The position numbers and the translations under genes are program-made. Of a stretch of DNA of 64,000 bases, positions 11,084 to 21,863 are shown one piece after another (position 1 is the first letter of the stretch; every line of letters begins with the position of its first letter). A model generated the notes under the pieces. That model was not told the DNA's origin. It saw nothing but the letters and a program-made list of their open reading frames with translations, and made no database searches. This stretch comes from an uncultured delta proteobacterium (GTDB lineage: Bacteria; Myxococcota_A; UBA9160; UBA4427), in assembly GCA_963822965.1 (NCBI GenBank), contig CAWGJT010000001.1, forward strand, positions 128,001 to 192,000, written 5' to 3'.

Positions 11084-12010
11084 TCAGCGCGGGACCATCA
11101 GCCGCTCCATGATCGCCTTCTGGGCGTGGAGTCGGTTCTCGGCCTGGTCGTAGATCAGGCTGCGGGGTCCGTCGAGCACGTCGGCGGTGACCTCTTCGCC
11201 GCGGTGGGCCGGCATGCAGTGCATCACCCGAGCGTCCGGGGCGTTCTCGAGCAGCTTCTCGTTCACCTGGTAGGGGGCGAAGATCGCCCGGCGCTGCTGG
11301 GCCTCGTCCTCCTGGCCCATGCTCGTCCAGGTGTCCGTGTAGACGAAGTCCGCGCCGCGCACCGCCTCCTGCGGCGACTCCGTCCAGTCGATGCTGGCCC
11401 CGCTGTGCTTGGCGAGCGCCTGGGCCCGCTTCATCACGCGGGCGGAGGGCGGATGGCTGCCCGGCGTGGCGATACGGATCCGCAGCCCCAGCACCGCGCA
11501 CAGCAGCACGAGCGAGTTCACGACGTTGTTGCCGTCGCCCACGTAGGCGAGGGTGGCCTCCCGGACGTCGGCGTTCTCGGCCATCGTCTGCAGATCCGCC
11601 ATGGCCTGGCAGGGATGCAGCAGGTCCGTCAGGCCGTTGACGATGGGGATCGAGGCCTCGGCGGCGAGCTTCTCCACCAGGGCATGGCTGAAGGTTCGCG
11701 CCATCAGGCAGTCGACCCAGCGGGACAGCGTCCGGGCCACGTCCACCGCGCTCTCCCGGGTTCCGATTCCCACCTGTTCCGGACGCAGCAGGATCGCGTG
11801 CCCACCCATCTGCGTGATGCCCGCCTCGAAGGTGACGTGGGTGCGCAGCGACGGCTTCTCGAAGTACATCGCCAGGGTGCGCCCCTGCAAGGTGCGGGGC
11901 CGCTCCCGCTCGGTGTTGAGCCGCTTGAGCTCGCGCGCCCGCTCGAGGATCTGCCAGAGGGATTCGGCGGACCAGTCGGCGACGGAGATGAAGTCCTTGG
12001 GGTCGGCCAT
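11084..12010 (-). CDS. argF: Ornithine carbamoyltransferase
   Basis: FEKPSLRT, HPCQAMAD, VGDGNNV, YTDTWTSMG, MHCMPAHRGEEV, QAENRLH. Confidence 0.96.
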   Translation of the reverse strand: MADPKDFISVADWSAESLWQILERARELKRLNTERERPRTLQGRTLAMYFEKPSLRTHVTFEAGITQMGGHAILLRPEQVGIGTRESAVDVARTLSRWVDCLMARTFSHALVEKLAAEASIPIVNGLTDLLHPCQAMADLQTMAENADVREATLAYVGDGNNVVNSLVLLCAVLGLRIRIATPGSHPPSARVMKRAQALAKHSGASIDWTESPQEAVRGADFVYTDTWTSMGQEDEAQQRRAIFAPYQVNEKLLENAPDARVMHCMPAHRGEEVTADVLDGPRSLIYDQAENRLHAQKAIMERLMVPR

Positions 12011-12014
12011 GGGC

Positions 12015-12869
12015 TCAGGGGACCAGCAGGGTTCCGACGCCGGCGTCGTCCGTGAAGATCTCGAGCAGCACGGCGTGCAGCACCCGTCCGTCGATGATGT
12101 GGGTCCGGGCCACGCCGCCGGCCAGCGCCTCGATGCAGCAGTCGATCTTGGGAATCATGCCCTCGCGGATCGTGCCCTCGGCGATGTGCTTGCGGGCTTC
12201 CTCGACGCTGAGCTGGCTCATGACGGCGCCCGCGTCGTCCTTCACCCCTTCGACGTCCGTCAGCAGCATGAGCTTCTCGGCCGAGAGCGCCACGGCCAGG
12301 GCGCCCGCCGCCTCGTCGGCGTTCACGTTGTAGGTGAGGCCCCGGGCGTCGGCCCCGATGGGCGCGACGACGGGCACGAAGCCGGCGTCCTCGAGGGCCG
12401 AGATCACGTGGGAGTCCACGGCGACGATCTCGCCGACGCGCCCCACGTCCCCGCCCTCCACCCGCTTGGGGCGGACGCGCAGCATGGCGCCGTCGCTGCC
12501 CGTGAGACCGACGGCACGGCCCCCGGCCTGTTGGATGAGCTCGACGATCTCGCGGTTCACCTTGCCGCCGAGCACCATCTCGACCACCTCCATGGTGGCG
12601 TCGTCGGTCACCCGCAGGCCGTTCACGAAGGTCGATTGGAGACCGAGCCGCTCGAGAGCGCGGCCGATCTGGGGGCCGCCTCCGTGGACGATCACGGGGC
12701 GCACGCCGATGTACTTCAGCAGGACCACGTCCACCGCGAACGACGCGCGCAGGGAGTCGTCCTTCATGGCGTGCCCGCCGTACTTGATGACGATCGTCCG
12801 GCCCACGAAGCGCCGCATGTAGGGCAGCGCCTCGACGAGCACCTCGGCCTTGTCGACGAGATCCTTCAT
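12015..12869 (-). CDS. argB: Acetylglutamate kinase
   Basis: [42 protein letters not shown]. Confidence 0.97.
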   Translation of the reverse strand: MKDLVDKAEVLVEALPYMRRFVGRTIVIKYGGHAMKDDSLRASFAVDVVLLKYIGVRPVIVHGGGPQIGRALERLGLQSTFVNGLRVTDDATMEVVEMVLGGKVNREIVELIQQAGGRAVGLTGSDGAMLRVRPKRVEGGDVGRVGEIVAVDSHVISALEDAGFVPVVAPIGADARGLTYNVNADEAAGALAVALSAEKLMLLTDVEGVKDDAGAVMSQLSVEEARKHIAEGTIREGMIPKIDCCIEALAGGVARTHIIDGRVLHAVLLEIFTDDAGVGTLLVP

Positions 12870-12959
12870 GGGCTCCGTATCGCGGCTCGCAAGCCGGCTT
12901 TCGAGGCGGGCTCTGCCGCGCCCGTGCGAGCAGAGGGTTGCGTCGACCGGGCAATCCCC

Positions 12960-14636
12960 TCAGTGGCGGGCCTGGCGTCGCGCCTCGGCCACCTCCTCGA
13001 TCGACTCGACCAGGCTACGGTACAGGAGCACATTGCGGACCGCAGCCGAGAGGGCCGCGGAGAGCATCTCGCCCGTCGCCGACGAGGCGACGGCGTCCAC
13101 CGGCAGGAAGGCGCGGCACAGCCCCACCACCTTTCCGCGCAGGCGCAGGGGAACGCACAGGAAGGGGCCGGTGGTCCCGTCCTCGGGCGTGTCCACGTCC
13201 GGGTCGTAGCGGCCGTCGAGATCCGGCGCCTGGGTGGCGATGAGATGGCCGCTCTGCAGCACCGTCCCGGTGAGCCCGCTCGCGGGAGGCAGCACCTTGC
13301 GATCCGCGCGATAGCCGCCGTCGAGCTGGGCTTCACACACCAGGTCTCCGGTGGCACCGTCCACCAGATAGAGCGATACGGGCAGCGCCCGCAGGCCCCG
13401 CTCCACGGGCTCGAGCACCGCCCGCAGCACCCGATCGGGCTCCACCTCGTTGACGAGCGCGTCGCAGATGCCGCGCATGAGCTCCGCGTCCGCGGGCCCC
13501 GAGCCGGCCGCCAACGCCTCGAGGGGCTCCGGCGCGACCCCGACCGCCTCGAAGGAGGGCGGCGCCGGCTTGCGCTCGCGCAGCCCCGAGAGCAGCTCGG
13601 CAATGCGTCCCGCCAGCAGACGCAGCAGGGCCAGATCCTCGGCGCCGAAAGCCTGCCCCGTTTCGGGCTCCGTCGCGCACAGGACGCCGAAGGTCTGCTG
13701 GAAGGCTTCGCCTTCCGCCAGCACGGCCTCCGCGAGGGAGCGCGCCGCCTCGTCGATCTCGACCGCGACCGGCGCTTCGCCCTCGTCGCCCGCGCCCTGA
13801 AGGTCACCTGCGGCCGGCGGAGCATCGAAGATGCTCCGTTGCAAGAGCGGGACGACCACGAAGGTCTCCGAGCCGTAGCGCCCCGACGACTCCGGCTCCC
13901 CCGTGAAGCGATCGTCCTGGCTGCGCGCCGCCACCAGGATCGCCTCTCCGCGCTCGGCCACGCGCCCGGCCACCCCCTCCCCGACGATCGCGGGCGACAT
14001 CTCGGCGGTCGGCGTGGTGGATCCCACCGCGGCGATCACGCGCAGCTGCCAGGGCTCGCCGAGGCCGTCCGGATCGCCGCTGCTCTCGTCGCGCAGGAGC
14101 AGGGACGTCCGTCCCGCCTGGAGGAGCTCCGCCGCACCCTCCACCGCCGCGCGGCACAGGTACTCGCGGCGATCGCCGCGAGCCATCCGCGCGGCGCCGA
14201 GGGAGATCTCCTCCGTCAGCGTCACCACCCGGGCGAGCCGGCGCCGCAGCCGCTCGGCCTCCGCCGAAAGGGCGTGGCTCTCGGCCGCTCGGCGCACGGA
14301 ATGCACCAGCTCCTCGTCGTGCAGCGGCTTGGCCAGGTAGTCGCTCGCGCCGAGGCGCAGCGCCTCGAGCACGGTCTCCTGGTCCGTCGAGGCGGAGAGG
14401 ACCAGCACGCGCAGGGTCGGCCGCACCTCGCGCAGGCGGCGCAACACCTCGATGCCGTCCATCCCGGGCATCCGGATGTCGAGCAGCATGACGCCGAGGG
14501 TCTCGTCCTCGGCGAGCGCGAGGGCCTCGCTCCCGTTCTCCGCCGTCACCGACTCGATGCCCGCGGCGTCGAGCACCTCGCTGATGGCTTCGCGGAAGAA
14601 GAGCTCGTCGTCGACGACCGCCACCCGAACCTGCAC
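12960..14636 (-). CDS. Response regulator with REC and two GAF domains, no recognisable output domain
   Basis: VAVVDDE, LLDIRMPGMDG, DYLAKP; GAF motifs GEGVAGRVAERGEAILV...VVVPL and GLTGTVLQSG...FLCVPLRLRGKVVG; GTG 14636 chosen (TTG 14654 alternative). Confidence 0.8.
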   Translation of the reverse strand: MQVRVAVVDDELFFREAISEVLDAAGIESVTAENGSEALALAEDETLGVMLLDIRMPGMDGIEVLRRLREVRPTLRVLVLSASTDQETVLEALRLGASDYLAKPLHDEELVHSVRRAAESHALSAEAERLRRRLARVVTLTEEISLGAARMARGDRREYLCRAAVEGAAELLQAGRTSLLLRDESSGDPDGLGEPWQLRVIAAVGSTTPTAEMSPAIVGEGVAGRVAERGEAILVAARSQDDRFTGEPESSGRYGSETFVVVPLLQRSIFDAPPAAGDLQGAGDEGEAPVAVEIDEAARSLAEAVLAEGEAFQQTFGVLCATEPETGQAFGAEDLALLRLLAGRIAELLSGLRERKPAPPSFEAVGVAPEPLEALAAGSGPADAELMRGICDALVNEVEPDRVLRAVLEPVERGLRALPVSLYLVDGATGDLVCEAQLDGGYRADRKVLPPASGLTGTVLQSGHLIATQAPDLDGRYDPDVDTPEDGTTGPFLCVPLRLRGKVVGLCRAFLPVDAVASSATGEMLSAALSAAVRNVLLYRSLVESIEEVAEARRQARH

Positions 14637-14672
14637 GCCGTACCCCCCTGCCAAAGCTGCGTCGCGGACCGA

Positions 14673-16036
<1,364 letters not shown>

Positions 16037-16040
<4 letters not shown>

Positions 16041-16582
16041 GGCAGGGTCACCACGTTGATGCGGTCATTGGTGTAGATGCAGATCTCGGCGGCCACGAGC
16101 AGCGCCTCGCGAACGACGTCCTCGGGCGGCAGGTCGGTGTGGCGGACGAGGGCCCGGGCCGCGGACAGGGCGTAGGATCCGCCCGACCCGATGGCGGCCA
16201 CGCCGTCGTCGGGCTCGATCACGTCGCCGCTCCCCGAGACCACCAGCAGGCTGTTCGGATCTCCGACGAGGAGCATCGCCTCGAGGCGGCGGAGGATGCG
16301 ATCCGTGCGCCAGTCGCGCGCCAGCTCGACGGCGGCGCGGCGCACGTTGCCCGGATAGGCCTCGAGCTTCGCCTCCAGCCGCTCCACCAGGGTGAGCGCG
16401 TCGGCCACGCCTCCGGCGAAGCCGACGACCGCCCTGCCCTTCGCCACCCGGCGAACCTTCTCGGCGCCGTGCTTCATCACGGCTTCGCCCAGGGTCACCT
16501 GGCCGTCGGCGCCCATGGCGATGCGACCGTCGCGCAGGGCGGCGACGACGGTCGTCGAACGGATCGCCTGCACGGCGCTCAT
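16037..16582 (-). CDS. hslV: ATP-dependent protease subunit HslV
   Basis: STTVV catalytic Thr, [33 protein letters not shown]. Confidence 0.96.
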
Positions 16583-17568
16583 GCCTCCTCCCGATCCCGC
16601 TTGCCGGGCCCCTGCTTGCGGGCCGCGCGCGGGTGGGCGCGATCGTACACCTGTCGCAGGTGCTCCGCAGACACGGCGGTGTATTTCTGCGTGGTGGACA
16701 GGCTCGCGTGCCCCAACAGCTCCTGGATCTCCCGCAGGTCGGCGCCCATGTCGAGCAGGTGGGTGGCATAGCTGTGCCGCATGCGGTGCGGGTGCACGCG
16801 GTCGCGCAGCCCGGCCGAAAGCCCGCGTTGCTTGAGGATGCGGCGCACGTCGCGGTCCCCGAGACGGCGGGGCACCCCGTCTCGACGCGGACGCAGGGAC
16901 ACGAACAGCGGCTCGCCGAGGATCCCCGGGCGCGTGCGCGCGGCGAGCCAGGCCGAGAGCGCCTCCCGGCACAGGCCGGGCAGGGGCACCACGCGCTCCT
17001 TGCCGCCCTTGCCCACGACCCGGACGTCGCCGGTCCGCAGGTCGAGATCGCGCACGTCGAGGGCCACCAGCTCACCGACCCGGATCCCGGCGCCGTAGAG
17101 CAGCTCGGCGAGCGCCCGATCGCGCAGCCCCCGAAGCGCCTCACGGCGGAGGGCGGCGTCTCCGGCGGAGCCCGCCGGACGCCGGTCGTCGCTCTTCACG
17201 AGCGCGTCGCAGTCGTCCACCGAGAGCGGCCGGGGCAGGCGCGCGGGCGTCTTCGGGAGCGGCAGACCGGCCGTCGGGTCCACGGCCACCTCCCCTTCCC
17301 GCTGCAGGAAGCGAAAGAAGGCCCGCACCCCGGCCAGCTTGCGCGCGCGGGTCGCCGGGCCGCAGCTCTGCTGCAGCTCCACGAGCCAGGCACGCACGAG
17401 GCGCGGCGTGGTCTTGCGCGGAACGGTCCGCTCTCCCGCGAAGGCCGCGAGCTGTCGGACGTCCGAGAGGTACGCGCGGCGCGTGTGGGCGGACTGGTTG
17501 CGCTCCGCCCGCAGGAAGATCTCGAACTCGCGCTGGGCGCGGGCCCAGCTGAGCTCGCCGGCGCTCAT
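16579..17568 (-). CDS. xerC: Tyrosine recombinase XerC
   Basis: [54 protein letters not shown]; conserved trmFO-xerC-hslVU context. Confidence 0.92.
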   Translation of the reverse strand: MSAGELSWARAQREFEIFLRAERNQSAHTRRAYLSDVRQLAAFAGERTVPRKTTPRLVRAWLVELQQSCGPATRARKLAGVRAFFRFLQREGEVAVDPTAGLPLPKTPARLPRPLSVDDCDALVKSDDRRPAGSAGDAALRREALRGLRDRALAELLYGAGIRVGELVALDVRDLDLRTGDVRVVGKGGKERVVPLPGLCREALSAWLAARTRPGILGEPLFVSLRPRRDGVPRRLGDRDVRRILKQRGLSAGLRDRVHPHRMRHSYATHLLDMGADLREIQELLGHASLSTTQKYTAVSAEHLRQVYDRAHPRAARKQGPGKRDREEA

Positions 17569-18935
17569 GCGGTCCCGACCGCCACACGCCGGCCGTAGCC
17601 CGCAAACGACTCCAGGGCGTGTCGGGCGATGCGCTCGTTGCGTTCGCGCTTGGGCAGCTTGCGCCTGCCGCCAGATTCGGGCAGCGGCGGGAACAACCCG
17701 TAGTTGACGTTCATCGGCTGGAAGTGCCTGGCGCCGGCGTTCATCAGGTGGGCGACGAGCGCACCGTGCGCGGTGTCCGGCGGCGGCGGCTCGAACGTCT
17801 CTCCCCGAACCGCCCGCGCGGCGTGGATTCCGGCGATCCCACCGAGGGCCGCCGACTCCACGTACCCCTCGACGCCCGCCATCTGCCCCGCGAGGTAGAG
17901 CCCCGGACGGGCGCGCAGCTCCAGGCTGGGGGTGAGGCGCTTCGGCGCGTTCACGTAGGTGTTGCGGTGCACGGAGCCGAAGCGCGCGAACACGGCCTCT
18001 TCGAGCCCGGGCAGGCCGCGCAGCAGGCGCTTCTGCTCTCCGACGCGAAGCTTCGTCTGGAATCCCACGAGGTTGTAGAGGACACCGGCCTTGTCCTCCT
18101 GTCGCAGCTGGACCACCGCGTGGGGACGCCGCCCGGTCCGCGGGTCCACGAGCCCGACGGGCTTCATCGGACCGAAGGCCAGGGTCTCGGGGCCGCGGCG
18201 CGCGAGCTCCTCGATGGGCAGGCAGCCCTCGAAGTAGAGCGCGGCCTCGAAGGGGTGCAACGGGACGGTCTCGGCGGCGAGCAGCCCCGCTACGAAGGCC
18301 TCGTAGCGATCGCGATCGAGGGGAACGTTCAGGTAGTCGCCCTCCCCTTCCTCGGGCGATCCGTAGCGCGAGGCCCGGAAGACCACGTCGTGGTCGATCG
18401 AGTCCGCGTAGACGGTGGGCGAGATGGCGTCGTAGAAGTACAGGTACTCCTCCCCGAGAAGCCCCTGCAGGTCGCGCGCGAGCTCGGGGGCCGTCAGGGG
18501 ACCGGTGGCCAGGATGACGACCGGATCGTCCGGGATGCGGGCGACCAGCTCGCGGCGTACCTCGATCCGGGGGTGCGCGTCGACGGCATCGGTCACGAAA
18601 CGGGAGAACGCGATGCGATCCACGGCCAGCGCGCGGCCCGCGGGCACCGCCGTCGCGTCGGCCGCCTCGAGGACGAGCGAGCCCATCCGACGCATCTCCT
18701 CCTTGAGCAGGCCCACGGCGTTGGCCAGGGTGTTGGCGCGCAGGGAGTTGCTGCACACGAGCTCCGCGAGGTCGGGGGATCGGTGGGCCGGCGAGAGGCG
18801 CTCGGGCTTCATGTCGTAGAGCACCACCGGGACGCCCCGACGGGCGGCCTGCCACGCCGCCTCACAGCCCGCCAGTCCTCCGCCCACGATCGTGATCGCG
18901 GCAGCGGACGTCGCATCGAATCGCTGGGTCGTCAC
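17565..18935 (-). CDS. trmFO: Folate/FAD-dependent tRNA (uracil-54) methyltransferase TrmFO (Gid)
   Basis: [65 protein letters not shown]. Confidence 0.95.
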   Translation of the reverse strand: MTTQRFDATSAAAITIVGGGLAGCEAAWQAARRGVPVVLYDMKPERLSPAHRSPDLAELVCSNSLRANTLANAVGLLKEEMRRMGSLVLEAADATAVPAGRALAVDRIAFSRFVTDAVDAHPRIEVRRELVARIPDDPVVILATGPLTAPELARDLQGLLGEEYLYFYDAISPTVYADSIDHDVVFRASRYGSPEEGEGDYLNVPLDRDRYEAFVAGLLAAETVPLHPFEAALYFEGCLPIEELARRGPETLAFGPMKPVGLVDPRTGRRPHAVVQLRQEDKAGVLYNLVGFQTKLRVGEQKRLLRGLPGLEEAVFARFGSVHRNTYVNAPKRLTPSLELRARPGLYLAGQMAGVEGYVESAALGGIAGIHAARAVRGETFEPPPPDTAHGALVAHLMNAGARHFQPMNVNYGLFPPLPESGGRRKLPKRERNERIARHALESFAGYGRRVAVGTA

Positions 18936-19054
18936 GGGCCCCTCTCGCAGGTGGCTGGCAGCAGGCTCGAAGCACGGCGCGGCCGACGTCCCGAGCCGGG
19001 CCTCGCGGATCTCGGATCGCCGCTCACTGCGGCGCGGGGGCAACCCACCATAGC

Positions 19055-20164
19055 TCAGGGTGCGCCCACGACTCGTAGAAGCCCGTCTCGATCGGTCGCC
19101 ACGCGCCCGCAGAGCTCGAGCTCCGTGAGCGCCAGGGCCAGGCGGCCGGGCGCCAGAGCGAGCCTCGCGGCCAGCTCGTCGGGCGTCGCGGGATGGCGCG
19201 CGAGCGCCTCCAGCACGGCTCGCTCGTCGGGACCGGGGGGCGGGCCGGCGCCCTTCGTGGCCGGCGCGGCCTCTCCCGGCGGAGCGGGAAGGCGGAGGGC
19301 CCGGAACACGTCCTCGACGGCCGTGAGCGGTGCCGCACCGTCGCGCAGCAACCGATTCGGTCCCTGGCTGGTCGGCGCCCCGATCGGCCCGGGCACGGCC
19401 ATCACCTCGCGGCCCTGTTCGAGCGCGCAGCGCGCCGTCACGAGCGATCCGCTCCGCAGCCGGCCCTCGACCACGACCACGATCTCCGACAGCCCGGAGA
19501 TCAGTCGATTGCGGAGCGGGAAGTAGTGAGGGAGCGGGGGCGTTCCCAGGGGCATCTCGGTCACCACCGCCCCGGAGGCCGCGATCTCCGCGGCGAGCAG
19601 CGCGTGCTCGGCCGGGTAGGTGGTCTCGGGTCCACAGGCGGAGAACGCCACCGTGAGCCCGCCCGCCGCCAGCGCGGCCCGATGGGCGGCGGCGTCGATC
19701 CCCCGGGCCAGGCCCGAGACCACGACGACGCCGGCCGACGCCAGCGCGGTCGCCAGCCGCCGGGCAACGTCGAGCCCGTAGACCGTGGGCGCCCGCGCCC
19801 CCACGATCGCCACGGCGCGACCGAGCAGCACGCCGGGCTCGCCCCGGACGAGCAGCAGGGGAGCCGCGTCCGGCAGGCGCCGCAGACTCTCCGGATACAC
19901 GTTCGAGAGCCACGGGACCGCGCGCACCCCGAGCCGTGCGAGGGCTTCGAGGTTGCCGGGCCGATCGCGTCCCGCACGTCCGCGCCCGGTCCGCGGCCGG
20001 CGGACCCCGGCCAGCCGGAGGACGGCCGCGGGATCGTGCGTCTGCGCGAGCCACGCCGCCGCCTGCGCGGGTGCGAGATGCAGGGCGGCCTGGAGGTCGA
20101 GCCAGGTCGCGAGCAGCGGCCGGTGCTCGGGATCGCTCGGGTCGAGAACGTCCGGAATCGCCAA
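19055..20164 (-). CDS. dprA: DNA-processing protein DprA
   Basis: [59 protein letters not shown]-terminal wHTH. Confidence 0.94.
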   Translation of the reverse strand: MAIPDVLDPSDPEHRPLLATWLDLQAALHLAPAQAAAWLAQTHDPAAVLRLAGVRRPRTGRGRAGRDRPGNLEALARLGVRAVPWLSNVYPESLRRLPDAAPLLLVRGEPGVLLGRAVAIVGARAPTVYGLDVARRLATALASAGVVVVSGLARGIDAAAHRAALAAGGLTVAFSACGPETTYPAEHALLAAEIAASGAVVTEMPLGTPPLPHYFPLRNRLISGLSEIVVVVEGRLRSGSLVTARCALEQGREVMAVPGPIGAPTSQGPNRLLRDGAAPLTAVEDVFRALRLPAPPGEAAPATKGAGPPPGPDERAVLEALARHPATPDELAARLALAPGRLALALTELELCGRVATDRDGLLRVVGAP

Positions 20165-20202
20165 GAGAGGCTCCCCGGGACCGGGGAGACCCTGGAATAG
20201 CA

Positions 20203-20230
20203 GAGGGGGGCCGCCACGGCGGCCCCCCTC
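20203..20230. terminator. GC-rich perfect hairpin between the LysM gene and dprA (terminator-like, no U-tract)
   Basis: GAGGGGGGCCGCC-AC-GGCGGCCCCCCTC perfect inverted repeat, 25 nt after the LysM gene stop. Confidence 0.45.
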
Positions 20231-20254
20231 GTGGTCCTTCGTCCCGGACGGGTC

Positions 20255-21706
20255 TCAGCGCGCCGCGAAGTGGTCCGCCGGGGTGCTGCGCACAGTGTCC
20301 CCGATCTCGAGCTCACGGTTCGTCTCGGTCACGTAGGCGACGCTGCTCTCGGGCTCGACACGGATCACGATCATCCGAGCGACCACGGAGTCGGGCATCT
20401 GGGTCGCCTCGCGCACCTTGCCCCGGTCGTAGACCTCCATCAGGGTGCCGACCTCGACGCCGTGGATGCTGCCCACGTTCAGGTAGACCGAATCGGTGGA
20501 GCCCACCATCCAGCGGATTCCGGGCGTGAAGACGATGGAGCCCTCGACGTCGTCCAGGGCCTCCCGCACGGTGACCTCGCGCGGCAGGACCGCGCGAGGA
20601 ACGATGTGATCCCCGCGCTGCAGCTCGCTGTTGGCGCCGCGCACCGTGGCACGGCTCGACTCTCCCTCGACCTGGGTGACCTTGAGCCATCCCAGCTCGT
20701 CGAAGTGGTAGCCGAGCACGGCGCCCGTCTCGACGTCGCGAATCTTCTCCACCTCGCGGAAGATCGTGAACTCGTCGCCGACGGAGACCTGGCCTTCGCC
20801 CAGGTTCAGGTAGACCTCGTCACCCTGGGTGAGGAAGGCGCGCAGCGAAGGACTGTCGACGATCATCGCGGCGTTCTCGAGCACGTCCGGCCGGGTGAAG
20901 TTCGCGTCCTGCTCGGTGGGGATCAGGATCGTTCCGCCGCTTCGGCCGGTCGCGGTCGCGAGCGGCACCGGCACCGAAAGCTCCGTCTGCTCCGCGGAGG
21001 CGGGCGGCTCTACGGGGAGGCTCTCGTCCTCGGCCACCGTCACGTCCTGGAGGATCTCGACGTCCGGCGCCTCATCGGAATCGGCGGCGCTCAGCATCTG
21101 CTCCGCCTCCTCGTCGCTGACCCGTCGCATCTCGTTGGAGGTGATCCAGATGCGGTCGCCGGGCTCGATGAGGTGGGGATTCTCGATCTCCTGGTTCTCG
21201 TTCCACACCGACGGCCACACCCAGGGCGTGCCGAGGTAGGCCTCGGAGATGTCCCACAGGGTCTCTCCCTTGCTCACCGTGTGGATGCGACCCTCGACGC
21301 CCTTGGCGTCGACGCCCATCGGGCCGAGGGGGATCGCCGCAGCGCGCCGGCTCATCTTGGCCTTCGCGACGGCCGGTGTGGGCGCGGGCTCGGTGGCCGT
21401 CGCGGGATCGAAGCCCGGATCCTCGAAGTCGTCCCAGCTGACGTCGGGAGCCGGCTGCGCGGCGGCGTCGCCGGCGGTCGCGGTCGCCTCTTGCGACGGA
21501 TCCGACGGCGCCGGCGCCTCGGCGGCGGCGACCTCTTCCGGGGCTTGCGGCGCCGCTGCCGCGGACGCGTCCGGCGCGGGCGTCTCGGGCGCGGGAGCCT
21601 CCGCCGCGGGAGCCTCCGCCGCGGGAGCCTCCGCGTCCGCCAGCACCGAGACAGGGGCGACGACCCACACGAAGGCCGAAGCCAAGACGAGAGTCCAGAG
21701 CCTCAT
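20255..21706 (-). CDS. Secreted LysM peptidoglycan-binding protein (TsaP-like)
   Basis: Signal peptide [12 protein letters not shown]; Ala/Pro-rich EAPAA repeats; Lys[44 protein letters not shown]; upstream of dprA as is typical for TsaP-like genes. Confidence 0.8.
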   Translation of the reverse strand: MRLWTLVLASAFVWVVAPVSVLADAEAPAAEAPAAEAPAPETPAPDASAAAAPQAPEEVAAAEAPAPSDPSQEATATAGDAAAQPAPDVSWDDFEDPGFDPATATEPAPTPAVAKAKMSRRAAAIPLGPMGVDAKGVEGRIHTVSKGETLWDISEAYLGTPWVWPSVWNENQEIENPHLIEPGDRIWITSNEMRRVSDEEAEQMLSAADSDEAPDVEILQDVTVAEDESLPVEPPASAEQTELSVPVPLATATGRSGGTILIPTEQDANFTRPDVLENAAMIVDSPSLRAFLTQGDEVYLNLGEGQVSVGDEFTIFREVEKIRDVETGAVLGYHFDELGWLKVTQVEGESSRATVRGANSELQRGDHIVPRAVLPREVTVREALDDVEGSIVFTPGIRWMVGSTDSVYLNVGSIHGVEVGTLMEVYDRGKVREATQMPDSVVARMIVIRVEPESSVAYVTETNRELEIGDTVRSTPADHFAAR

Positions 21707-21863
21707 CGAATCCCTCCACATCGGTGCCCACACGAACGCAGGCACCCCCGCGCGTCACGCAGGTGTACCCCGACCGTATCGGCCACCGGAGGCAGGGCCT
21801 TTACGGACCACGGGGACGTGTGGGCGGGACGGGGGGGCGACGCGGGCGGGAGCCGAGTGGGGC

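Noticed and set aside
16579..17568. Tyrosine recombinase as a prophage or island integrase
   Set aside because: It sits in the conserved trmFO-xerC-hslV-hslU block with overlapping neighbours and has the XerC-type C-terminus; no att site, tRNA or phage genes nearby
21590..21635. 15-bp tandem repeat GCGGGAGCCTCCGCC
   Set aside because: It encodes the EAPAA linker of the LysM protein; an ordinary coding repeat
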